Source of the DNA: a virus
Direction: 5' to 3' (one strand)
Virus record (IMG/VR): IMGVR_UViG_3300045988_175656
DNA: 64,000 bases
Within the stretch, counting starts at the first letter, position 1; every line of letters begins with the position of its first letter. This document shows, one piece after another, positions 8,917 to 19,000 of the stretch. The notes under the pieces were generated by a model that had not been told where the DNA came from, did no database searches, and saw nothing but the letters and a program-made list of their open reading frames with translations. Both the position numbers and the translations under genes were made by a program.

Positions 8917-9626
8917 TTTTTTTTATCTTTTATATTTCCTTTGAATACCATAGTCGCTTCATATATATTTCCACTACTATCCATAAATTGAAAGTTTTTG
9001 CCTAATTTCATCATTTTTAGTGATGTTGAAGAATCTTTATTTACGCTTTCACTTAATAAATTTTCTTTTAACGGTTCTATGTATTTTTTGACAACACCTT
9101 CAATAATCATTTTCATCGTCTCATAATCAAAACTTGAATTTGTCATTTGCATAGGTTGCTGTATTGGTTGAGACTGTGTAAATTGTTCGGTCAAAGTTGG
9201 CTTACGTTGTGGTTGTTGTGGTGTTGTTGGTGGGGGCATTAGATTAGTTACAGATGCTAATTGGCTTGTAAATGCATCCATAGTTGGGTCTGAGGAAAGA
9301 CCATTAAGAGGATTATTTTTAATTTCATCTAAAATCTGTTTAGGTAATCCTATATTGTTACGAGCTGGTTGTATTGAACCTTGTCGAATTCTTTGCATTT
9401 CAGCTTCAGCATTATAATTACTGCCACCCGTTTGCATAGGCATTGAGTTAGGATTGTAAGGTAACATTTCAGTTGGTCTATAATTCTCATTCACAATACT
9501 ATTATCAATAAATCCACCATCATTTAAGCCTTTTGCATATTTATCAAATTCAGGACTAGCAACAACTTTGGTTAGTTGTTGTGCTCTCGCAAAACTACTT
9601 GCTAATTGTGCGGCTCTATCATTCAT
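8898..9626 (-). CDS. hypothetical protein (Gln/Pro-rich central region)
   Basis: 242-aa ORF. Low-complexity PPPTTPQQPQRKP...QPIQQPMQM. Its 3' end overlaps the terminator hairpin. Confidence 0.55.
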   Translation of the reverse strand: MNDRAAQLASSFARAQQLTKVVASPEFDKYAKGLNDGGFIDNSIVNENYRPTEMLPYNPNSMPMQTGGSNYNAEAEMQRIRQGSIQPARNNIGLPKQILDEIKNNPLNGLSSDPTMDAFTSQLASVTNLMPPPTTPQQPQRKPTLTEQFTQSQPIQQPMQMTNSSFDYETMKMIIEGVVKKYIEPLKENLLSESVNKDSSTSLKMMKLGKNFQFMDSSGNIYEATMVFKGNIKDKKNKKPAN

Positions 9627-10405
9627 TATATATTTCTATTATTTCGTTTATTTTTATTTTTTTCATAATCCCTTAATACAGATGGGTCTACGAATTGAGG
9701 ATTGTTTAATTGCTCTTTTCTTCTATCTATCTGTTGTTCGGTATCTGTTTTAAATATATCATTTTCAGGCTCATTTGTCAATGGTTGTTCAGTTTTCTTT
9801 TTTGGACCTGTTGATTGTTGAGGATTATTATTGTTTTTAATATCTGCCCCTTGAAAACCATCTTGTGTTTTTTTATTGTTCATATATTCATCTTTATAAA
9901 CAGGTTTATCAACTTGACGTTGTAAATTATCCATATCTTGTCTAACTTGTTTTTCACCAGGTGGCATATAAACAGGTTCTTCTTTTCTTCTTGGTTCTGT
10001 TGTAACAGGTGTTTTAGTATCAGGAACATTATCATTAAAGTTGGCTATATCATATACTACACTCATACTTCTATCACCATTAGGGTTAAAATCAGGACGA
10101 GCTTGTGTAAAATATTGACCTGTTGGTCTCCAATCCAATATTCTATCTAATCTGAAAAATTTCCACGATGGTACTTTAGAAGCAGTATCGCCTTGTGGTT
10201 GATAGGCACGAATTACAGGATTACCAGCTTTAGTTAAACCATAAGCATATACTTCAATTATTCTCCACCCCATAGCAATATTTTCACCATGAGAATCATA
10301 ATTGATTACAACTCTATACTTTTCATTTATCGCATCTTCAACTTTGGTTCTATCAACTTTTTCTTCTAAAAGTATATTTTCTAATATTTCTGATATATTC
10401 AACAT
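9626..10405 (-). CDS. hypothetical protein with WYL-like/SH3-like N-terminal domain and disordered basic C-terminus
   Basis: 259 aa. YRVVINYDSHG...WRIIEVYAYG...GNPVIRAYQ...WKFFRLDRI resembles the WYL-domain pattern ending in FRLDRI. Confidence 0.5.
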   Translation of the reverse strand: MLNISEILENILLEEKVDRTKVEDAINEKYRVVINYDSHGENIAMGWRIIEVYAYGLTKAGNPVIRAYQPQGDTASKVPSWKFFRLDRILDWRPTGQYFTQARPDFNPNGDRSMSVVYDIANFNDNVPDTKTPVTTEPRRKEEPVYMPPGEKQVRQDMDNLQRQVDKPVYKDEYMNNKKTQDGFQGADIKNNNNPQQSTGPKKKTEQPLTNEPENDIFKTDTEQQIDRRKEQLNNPQFVDPSVLRDYEKNKNKRNNRNI

Positions 10406-10431
10406 ATTTTTATTTCTTTATATTTAAAACA

Positions 10432-10473
10432 ATTCCTCATATATATCATAAATACATAATATATATGAGGAAT
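10432..10473 (-). terminator. long hairpin terminator
   Basis: Perfect 15-bp stem ATTCCTCATATATAT / ATATATATGAGGAAT with a 12-nt loop. Downstream of 10499..10864. Confidence 0.55.
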
Positions 10474-10498
10474 AATAACCATTAATGATTAATTTTCA

Positions 10499-10864
10499 TT
10501 AAGGAACTTGATATTGACCTGCTTGTCTATTAACATCTGTTATAACAGAAGTCATTGTATAAGGTTTATCAGGATTATACAGACTTCTTACCATAGCTTG
10601 TTGTCTAGCTTCATTATCAGCACCATTACCTGCACCTGAATTTGGTGAAGTATCAAAATTCTGATAATTAATCATACCAATACTGCCATTGCAGTCTGGT
10701 AAATAGAATGTGTGTCCACCACTTCCAGTACCTTTACCTTGTGCATCCCCATTAGCTAATGCATCTTTATGTGTTACAGAGTAACGGTCATTAGTATTAT
10801 AATCACTTCTAACTATTTCTCTTTCTCTTTCATCAATTGACCTTTTTTCTAAACATGATTGCAT
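10499..10864 (-). CDS. hypothetical protein
   Basis: 121-aa ORF followed by a strong hairpin terminator (10432..10473). Gly/Asn-rich with no recognised motif. Confidence 0.5.
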   Translation of the reverse strand: MQSCLEKRSIDEREREIVRSDYNTNDRYSVTHKDALANGDAQGKGTGSGGHTFYLPDCNGSIGMINYQNFDTSPNSGAGNGADNEARQQAMVRSLYNPDKPYTMTSVITDVNRQAGQYQVP

Positions 10865-10907
10865 ATTATATAATATATTACTTTCTTATTTTATTATAAA
10901 TATTAAA

Positions 10908-11468
10908 CTAACTATTTTGTGATAATAGTTTTATTGCTTCAATAATCTGATTTTCACTAACAATGATAAATTTAACATTTTCTTTTGATGTGCTTTCAAA
11001 TTTGAATGTTTCATCATTAAAAACATTTGATATTGAGTCTTTACCAAAATTAGGTTTAACAGTTGTTACTTTCATAGCATTTTTTGTTAATCTATTTTTT
11101 GTGTGTGGCTTGATGAAAGAATTATCCATCCCTGCTTCTTTTTTAGCATTTTTAAATCCTTTTATTGCATTTGTAGCTGTGGACAAAGTGTTATTGACCC
11201 ATGTTTGCATAGCTTTTCCACCATTAAGTTGAAACTCTATACTATCTTCTTTTCCATTAAAATTATCAAAAAAGTTTTTAATACGTTTCATTTCATTATA
11301 CTCAATACCATCCATTGATAAAAGATTGTTTAGTCTTTTATATCCAACAGAATTTTTATTGCCATTAAAATTATTTAATATTTGTGTTAAATGTTTTCTA
11401 ATTCCAATTGGCAACGGAAAATTTCTGCCTTTAAGTTCACTATTTCCATCTTCAAACAAATACAACAT
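10908..11468 (-). CDS. hypothetical protein
   Basis: 186-aa ORF in an operon with 11472..11744. Confidence 0.5.
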   Translation of the reverse strand: MLYLFEDGNSELKGRNFPLPIGIRKHLTQILNNFNGNKNSVGYKRLNNLLSMDGIEYNEMKRIKNFFDNFNGKEDSIEFQLNGGKAMQTWVNNTLSTATNAIKGFKNAKKEAGMDNSFIKPHTKNRLTKNAMKVTTVKPNFGKDSISNVFNDETFKFESTSKENVKFIIVSENQIIEAIKLLSQNS

Positions 11469-11471
11469 ATA

Positions 11472-11744
11472 TTATTTTTTAGTTTTATCATTATTTTTTT
11501 CGGTAATTCTACTCCATCTACCATATGGCATCAAAGTTTGACCATAATATGTCTGTTGTGTTTGCATATTAGCAAACTTATCACCTGTTATTGGTTCGCC
11601 ATCTTCTCCTGAAGATAGTTTTCCTGTTGTTGATGTTTGACCTAATCCACCATATTCTTTAAAATCTCCATTATTCAAATAATCTATATCATCACCTGCT
11701 ATCTCTTTTATTTGAGATTCAGTAAATTTCACTTTTTTAGTCAT
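11472..11744 (-). CDS. hypothetical protein
   Basis: 90-aa ORF, first gene of the leftward block and divergent from the tail-fibre genes. Confidence 0.45.
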   Translation of the reverse strand: MTKKVKFTESQIKEIAGDDIDYLNNGDFKEYGGLGQTSTTGKLSSGEDGEPITGDKFANMQTQQTYYGQTLMPYGRWSRITEKNNDKTKK

Positions 11745-11802
11745 ATTAAATTTTGCTTTAACTTATAATATAAATATTTATCAATAAAGCAAATGGGTTG
11801 AA

Positions 11803-13617
11803 ATGAATAATATATTACATAATAATTACAACAATTTAAGATTAACCATCAATAATGACGAATATTGGGATTTTTGTATAAACAAAGATTCTTATCAAAC
11901 CTATTTCCCAAAAAAAGGGTTAAAAGAAGAATGTTTAATTTCATATATTGATTCTGATGACCCAGATTGTGTGTTTTTTGACAAATTGTATAGTAAAACT
12001 TCATATAAATGGAATAATCTTATTAATAATGGTGTGGAATTATGCAATATTGGTTATACAGGAGTTGACAATGGACTTATCAGTTATCAAAAAGACAGAA
12101 TAACAAACGAACAATTTCTAAAAATATTCACTGAGTCTAAACTCAAAATAGAAAAAGATGATGTAAAACTTCATTTACATCAAGTAACTGGAAACACAGG
12201 TTTATATGATTATCCAATTTCAATTATAATGGAAGATAAATATGAAACAATTAAATTAAATGGTGGTTTTTATCAAGGATTTTTCAAATTGGACAAGGAT
12301 GATTATCAAATATTACCTGATTTTATAAAATCATCATGGAATTTTGAATTTACATTAAGAAAAAAAGATTTTGAAAAAGAATCAGATAAAACATTAAATG
12401 ATAAGTATCCAGATAATAAAGGTATATTTTTTTATATAGGCACAAGAGCCGAAAATAAATGGTGGCTTTTATATGAACATAATGAAAAAGAAGGAATAAA
12501 GAAAAAATGTGATATAACATATTTTTCAGATGATTATGTAAATGAGGAATATGAATCTAAAAATGGTCATTTATTAAATATGGACTATTTTCAACCAATA
12601 GTTCCTGACAAACCAATTGAATATAATGATGATGGGTATTTTTCAGGGGATTATTTACATGAATCTTGTTGTAAATGCCCTACAAAACAAAATAGTTATT
12701 TTGCAGATTCATATATTAATAATGAATATTATGACGATTTGCGTAGTGATGTAGATTATGTATATGGTGACTATTATAAACCTGATGTGCCAATAGATGT
12801 AAATATGAAATTAAAAACTTGTGATGGCTTTTATTTAAACACCCCTAATGTTTATGAAATTAAAACCGATAATAAATTTATATTTTTCAATCAAACATGC
12901 ACAGGGTTTACTACTAGTACATGGAATAAAGATGATACAGTTATTTTAACAGGCATAACACCACCAAATATCGGAAATTATTATACATTATTTAATAGAA
13001 CATGTACAGGTTACACAACAGATACAATACATGAACTACTTGATAAAAAAGAAAGAGAATATAATTTATATGGTGACATTTATAATAATGCTTTTGCTCT
13101 TAGAATTAAAGATGATGGCTCTTTGGGGTATAGATATTTGATTAAAGATTGTAATGCGGAATTTAACTGGTCAATATTAGAAGAGTATTCACTACCAAAT
13201 GTTATACATGAGAATGAATGGCATACAATTGATGTTAGAATTGATATGTTAAATGATGTTAGTGGAGAATGTAAACCATCTTATGAAAGAAAAATGAAAA
13301 TATATTTTTATGTTGATGGTAAATTAAAATTAATTTCAAAAGAATTACCAGAATTTAATTTTAGAGCTTTAAATGATTTGAAAGAAAAACAAGAAGGTGT
13401 ACCATTTAATATTTCACTAGGTGGTGGAACACAAGGATTAGCTGAAATGATAACTCTTAATTATATGGCTTATCCTGAATATGTTTTCCCAATAGAAAAA
13501 CACTTTGCTGGCACATTTATTGGTGAACTAAAAACATTTAAATTCTATGATTGTAATGTTAATTACACTGAAATACAAAATAATGTAGAATTTGAGAAAA
13601 ATTCTATTAAAAACTAA
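11803..13617 (+). CDS. putative tail fibre/receptor-binding protein with C-terminal ConA/LamG-like lectin fold
   Basis: 604 aa. C-terminal WHTIDVRIDM...KMKIYFYVDGKLKLI fits the LamG/concanavalin-like W.h.av...lYvDG pattern. Heads a three-gene fibre cluster. Confidence 0.45.
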   Translation: MNNILHNNYNNLRLTINNDEYWDFCINKDSYQTYFPKKGLKEECLISYIDSDDPDCVFFDKLYSKTSYKWNNLINNGVELCNIGYTGVDNGLISYQKDRITNEQFLKIFTESKLKIEKDDVKLHLHQVTGNTGLYDYPISIIMEDKYETIKLNGGFYQGFFKLDKDDYQILPDFIKSSWNFEFTLRKKDFEKESDKTLNDKYPDNKGIFFYIGTRAENKWWLLYEHNEKEGIKKKCDITYFSDDYVNEEYESKNGHLLNMDYFQPIVPDKPIEYNDDGYFSGDYLHESCCKCPTKQNSYFADSYINNEYYDDLRSDVDYVYGDYYKPDVPIDVNMKLKTCDGFYLNTPNVYEIKTDNKFIFFNQTCTGFTTSTWNKDDTVILTGITPPNIGNYYTLFNRTCTGYTTDTIHELLDKKEREYNLYGDIYNNAFALRIKDDGSLGYRYLIKDCNAEFNWSILEEYSLPNVIHENEWHTIDVRIDMLNDVSGECKPSYERKMKIYFYVDGKLKLISKELPEFNFRALNDLKEKQEGVPFNISLGGGTQGLAEMITLNYMAYPEYVFPIEKHFAGTFIGELKTFKFYDCNVNYTEIQNNVEFEKNSIKN

Positions 13618-13644
13618 AATATTTATTAATAAAATAAAATAGTA

Positions 13645-16053
13645 ATGAAAGGTTTAACTTATTTCAAACTAAAATCACCATATCCAGGTGATATAACAAA
13701 AAATTGCAGTCTGGATGGCACTGAAATTGACAACAATTTCTTCGAGCTTGAAAGCCGTGATGTGAAAACAGCATACTGGCAAAATGATACGCTAATAATT
13801 GAACGTATGAATGGTGATATTATTAGTGTTCCTGGCATTACTGAAGGCTGTACTAAAAATTTAAACATTGCATACGACAAAGAACAAGGTACTTTATACG
13901 TTACACAAGATGGTTATACCCAAGCCATTACAGGCTTTATTAGTTCTGATGTTTTAACAACCATCAATTCTGATGATACGCTTACAGGTATGGGAACAAG
14001 AAAAAAACCTATTGGTATATCTCCAATGTTTGAAACAGGACAATTCAGACCTGCTATAAAAATTATTGATACTACTAAAGGTGAGAAATTACCTGACCCT
14101 AACAGAGTAGACCCACGAAACAGATTTGTTACAATTGAAAATGTTTCTGATTATGGTTATTTATATGATTACAATGGTGTTAGAAAAATAGCATGTGATT
14201 TACGTGACTCTTCTTCAGAATGGAGAATACCAACCAAAGAAGATTGGGATGATATGTTAAATGCTGTTGAGCCATGTTTAGAGGATAGAAATCATGATAA
14301 AGTAACATGTAACCGTGATTTAGGGCGTTTTGCTGGAAAATTATTAAAAAGTGTTGATTTCTGGCGTTTAGAAAGTATTAATCCATGTGAATCAGACAAT
14401 GGCTGTAATTGTGGTAATGATTGCAATACATCTAATGGTTGTGGCACACGTTATGCAAACAATTGTGATGGCTATTGTGGTGAATACACTGAAAATGCTT
14501 GCTCAAAACCTAATCCTTATCCAAACAGAGGTATTGACAAATATGGCTTTGCTGCCGTTCCTGCTGGTTATGGTGATGATGGTGGCAGATTAGATTACTT
14601 TGGTGAAAGAGGATGGTATTGGACTGCAACTAATCAATGTGCAACTAATGCCTATACAAAACGTTTTGAATATAATAAATCATCTGTTTATCAGGAAGTG
14701 ATAAGCACAAGTAATTTATTATCATTAAGATTAGTTAAAGATTATGATGGTACTAACTTCAGTGAAAGAGAAACTATATTAGGCTCTGATTATTCAACAG
14801 TATTAATGCCATCTATCAAATCAGGTAAAACTATTTGGATGTCTACTAATGTTGCATTTTCAAATAGATATTATGGTCCTGTTGTTCCTAATAATGGAAT
14901 GAATTTAACATATACTAAGAAATTCTTTGTTAATGAATGGGATGGAAAAAGATGGCTTAAAAATGAACTTCGAAATGGCGATTCTATTGTAATATTAAAA
15001 GCACCAACAGGCGAAGATAATGTTGAATACAGAGTTATTAATGGCGAGTTATCTAATGTTGCTACTTCAATATATGATGAAGTAATAATTGCCATCAGAC
15101 CTCAATTAGACTCATTGAAAGGTGCAATTGCATCTGAAACAATTCGTGCTAAAGAAGCTGAAAGAGTATTAGATACTAAAATTGATACTGAAACTGCTCG
15201 TGCAGTGCATGTTGAGAATGGTATTATTGACCAATTGACACAAGAAATTGATAGAGCAAAACAAGCAGAAGAAGCATTAAGTGACCGAATTGATGCAATC
15301 AGTACAGGTCATACAGAAGATATTGCACAATTAAATCAAAAAATTGATGATGAAATTGCTCGTGCTAAAGAAGAGGAAGAGTTCTTAGACCAAAAAATTG
15401 AAAACGAAACTGCTCGTGCTGAAGCTGCTGAAACTAAATTGGACGAAGATATTAAAAATGAAACTGATAGGGCTACATTAGCTGAAGAAGTAATACAAGA
15501 AAATCTTGACAATGAAGTAAAAAGAGCACTAGCTGCTGAAGAAGCTAATGAGAATGCTATAAATGCCGAAGCCGAACTAGCTCGTGCAAATGAAGAGCAT
15601 TTACATCAAATGATTTTGGATGAAGCTAATAGAGCAAGTGGTGTTGAAGCATCTTTAAGAGAAGATTTAACAAATGAAATCGCTCGTTCAACTAATAAAG
15701 ATAATCAATTAGACCAAAAAATTGAAGCTGAAACTGACCGTGCTGAAGCTGCTGAAGATTTAATAAATAAAAGAATTGACGATATTGGCACAGGTCACAC
15801 AGAAGATATAACTGCATTAACTAAAAAGGTTGATGATGAAATTGCTCGCTCAATAGCTGAAGATACAAGATTAGACCAAAAAATTGATGATGAAATTGCT
15901 CGTTCAACTGAACAAGATACATTAATTACTGGACGTTTAATTGCGAAAACAGGTAGTGTGATGGATGCTGCTAATGGAAGTTTAACTTTAGCAACTGAAG
16001 ATGCTGCTAATTCAATAACAATAAGTTTAGATTTTAACTTCGGTTCAATCTAA
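13645..16053 (+). CDS. tail fibre protein with FISUMP (Fibrobacter succinogenes major paralogous) domain and C-terminal coiled-coil repeats
   Basis: 802 aa. GYLYDYNG, EWRIPTKEDWDDML, YGFAAVPAGYG and GERGWYWTAT match the FISUMP signature. Residues ~485-770 carry about 11 repeats of the type IDxEIARA/ETxRA. Confidence 0.65.
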   Translation: MKGLTYFKLKSPYPGDITKNCSLDGTEIDNNFFELESRDVKTAYWQNDTLIIERMNGDIISVPGITEGCTKNLNIAYDKEQGTLYVTQDGYTQAITGFISSDVLTTINSDDTLTGMGTRKKPIGISPMFETGQFRPAIKIIDTTKGEKLPDPNRVDPRNRFVTIENVSDYGYLYDYNGVRKIACDLRDSSSEWRIPTKEDWDDMLNAVEPCLEDRNHDKVTCNRDLGRFAGKLLKSVDFWRLESINPCESDNGCNCGNDCNTSNGCGTRYANNCDGYCGEYTENACSKPNPYPNRGIDKYGFAAVPAGYGDDGGRLDYFGERGWYWTATNQCATNAYTKRFEYNKSSVYQEVISTSNLLSLRLVKDYDGTNFSERETILGSDYSTVLMPSIKSGKTIWMSTNVAFSNRYYGPVVPNNGMNLTYTKKFFVNEWDGKRWLKNELRNGDSIVILKAPTGEDNVEYRVINGELSNVATSIYDEVIIAIRPQLDSLKGAIASETIRAKEAERVLDTKIDTETARAVHVENGIIDQLTQEIDRAKQAEEALSDRIDAISTGHTEDIAQLNQKIDDEIARAKEEEEFLDQKIENETARAEAAETKLDEDIKNETDRATLAEEVIQENLDNEVKRALAAEEANENAINAEAELARANEEHLHQMILDEANRASGVEASLREDLTNEIARSTNKDNQLDQKIEAETDRAEAAEDLINKRIDDIGTGHTEDITALTKKVDDEIARSIAEDTRLDQKIDDEIARSTEQDTLITGRLIAKTGSVMDAANGSLTLATEDAANSITISLDFNFGSI
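15286..15852 (+). repeat. diverged internal duplication within the FISUMP tail-fibre coiled-coil
   Basis: 15286..15366 (RIDAISTGHTEDIAQLNQKIDDEIARA) and 15772..15852 (RIDDIGTGHTEDITALTKKVDDEIARS) are 486 bp apart. Confidence 0.75.
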
Positions 16054-16088
16054 TTATAGTAAATAAAATTTAGAAATATAATAAAAAA

Positions 16089-19000
16089 ATGGGTAAAAGA
16101 TTGCAAATAAGAAATCATGCTGAAGTCTTTGATACAAGAGATTCAGCTTTAGCCTATATTAACGATATATACAAGGGTCAATCATTAGTTGCTGAACCAA
16201 CAGTTTATCTGTATGGTTCAGCCTTGAACCCTAATATTATTCTTGCTATTGGTTCAGTAGGTAATGGTTCATTAGCTGCTAAAAACAAAGTATTTTTAAT
16301 TGATACTGCAAGATTAGACGCTGATATTGCACAATTGAAACAAGATGTATCTGGTGATACTGAAAATATTCAAGATATTTTAACTAAATTAAATGCAGTT
16401 ATTGTTGGTTCAGGTCTTGATTCTGATGGTACTTATCAAGTAGATATTGATGATGATTTATTAAAAAAAGCAACATCATTAAATGATGCCATTAAAAAAT
16501 TATCTGCATCATTACAAGCAACTGCCAAAGCAACCGACTTAACAGTTAAAGATAGTGAAACTGTGCATTTAGAAACAACTAAGACAAGTACAGGTGTACT
16601 TTTACAAGCATTTTCGAAAATATCAGAATATGGTAAATTAGACCCTGATTTTAATGATAATATCCTTATCAAAATGTCAGATGGTTTATATGCAACAGTT
16701 GACTTATCTTATGATGAAAATACAGGTATTTTGACATTCACAGCATCTAAAACAAAAGATGATGGTACAGTAGGTGTTCGTATTATTGAGAAACAATTTA
16801 AAATTGGTTTACATACAACTATGAAATCAGTAAGTTATGACCCTGAAACTGAAACTTTAATTTTTATTTTAACAGATGCAGATGGCAATGAATATACTGA
16901 AGTTGTAGATGCAACTGGTTTAATCACTGAATGGGATGTTGAAAACAAAGTAGGTTCTGCTGTTTATTTAACTAAAACAAGAGTTAAAGATGGTCAAGAT
17001 AAACTTTCGGCTGATGTTATTATTTCAAGTGGTGATGGATGGAATATATTGGAAAAAAGTAAAACAACAGGTGGTTTATTTGTTAAAGGTTATGCAAATA
17101 ATATTAAATATAAAACTGATGTCACTGTTGAAAATGCTTTAGATACTTTAACATTAAATGACCAAACAAATTTAGCTGATGCAAAAGCATATACAGATGC
17201 ACAAGTATCTGCTGAAACTAACCGTGCCAAAGGTGCAGAACAAGTTTTAACAGATAATTTAGCTGCCGAAGTTACACGTGCAAAAGCTGCTGAAAAAGCT
17301 AATTCTGATGCAATTGCTATTATTAATGGTGATAATGATACTGTTGGTTCTATTAAAACTGCATTAAAAGATGCAAAAGCATATACAGACATTGAAACTG
17401 ACCGTGCCAAAGATGCAGAACAAGCATTACAAGTAGAATTAAATACATTAAATGGTAATGAAGCCGTTTCTGGGTCTGTTAAAAATGCAATATCAATTGC
17501 TAAACAATATACTGATACACAAGTAGATGCTGAACAAACTCGTGCTGAAGCTGCTGAACAAGTATTAACAAATGCTGTGACAATTATAAATGGTAATGAA
17601 GCACAAGAAGGTTCTATAAAAAATGCAATAGTTATCGCCAATGAGTACACTGATGAACAATTAGCACAACATGACCATGATTCATTAATTAAAATTGATG
17701 AATTAAGAGATGATTTAAATGCTGAAATTAAAAGAGCCACTATTACAGGAAAAGAAAGCAAATCATTATTAATGAATATTGCACAAGGTTCAACAGGAAC
17801 AACTATTTCAGGTGATGTTAAAATATCTACTATAACAGGTAATATTATATCAGAACAAGATGGTGGTATTTTTGCTTATGTAACATTAAAATATAATGCT
17901 GCGGAAAATGCTCTTTATTTTAACAATGGAACACCTGTTGATACTAAAATCCAATTATCATCTGCAAGTTTAGTTGATGATGCTTATTATGATGCAAACA
18001 CAAAAACAATTGTAATTGTATTTAATGATGCTGATAAAACAACTGTTAAAATTCCTGTTGGTGATTTAATTCCTACATTAGCTGTTGGTAGAGAAACAGG
18101 TAGTGCAGTTATTATGAGATTAGTTACTGAAGAAAATCTAAATACAATATATGCTGATGTCGATATTTCAACTGCATCTGTAAATATATTACAAAATGTT
18201 AATGGTGCTCTTTTAGTACGTGGTACTGCTGATAACATCAAATATGGACAAAACAGTAATGTTGAAACTGCTCTTGATAATTTAACATCAGCTTCAACAG
18301 GTAATTTAGCTGCTGCAAAAGCATATACTGATGAACAAGTTGCTATTGAAAAAGCTCGTGCAGAAGGTGTTGAAAGTACATTAAATACAACTATTCTTAA
18401 CAATACAACAAATCTTCAAGGTCAAATAACTGCTGAAGTTACACGTGCCACTAAAGCTGAAGAAGCAGAGACCAAACGTGCTGAAGCTGCTGAAGCTGCA
18501 TTAGATGCAAAAATTGGTGTTAACAGTGATGCTATCACCATCATTAATAGTGGTTCTGGTACTACTGGGTCAATCGCAAATGCTGTTGCTACTGCAAAAG
18601 CTGCCACTGATGCTGCAATTGAAAGTGAAAAAGATAGAGCAAAAGCTGCTGAAGCTGCATTAGATGCAAAAATTGCTATTATAAATGGTAGTGGTGTAGG
18701 CTCAATGTCTGACATTTTAGATAAAGCAAAAGCATACACTGATACTTCAATTGCCCCAATAGCAGGTCAAATTGAAAATGCTAAACAACAAGCAATTGCT
18801 GCTGCTGCAACTGATGCAACAACAAAAGCTGACAAAGCTAAACAAGAAGCAATTGCTGCTGCTGCAACTGATGCAACAACAAAAGCAAATTCTGCTGAAA
18901 CAAATGCAATTTCGGCTGCTGCAATTGATGCAACAACAAAAGCTGACAAAGCATTATCTGACGCAAAATTATTTACAACTTCTGCAACAACACAAGCATT

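Noticed and set aside
17090-18949. Long antisense ORFs inside the large tail-fibre gene (17090..17761, 17987..18403, 18422..18739, 18767..18949, plus the same-strand alternative-frame ORF 18772..19044)
   Set aside because: They lie entirely within a much longer, motif-bearing plus-strand ORF. Their Ala/Ser/Cys/Phe-rich translations are the expected reverse-frame reading of GCT/GCA/GAA-rich repeats. They have no promoters or plausible starts of their own.
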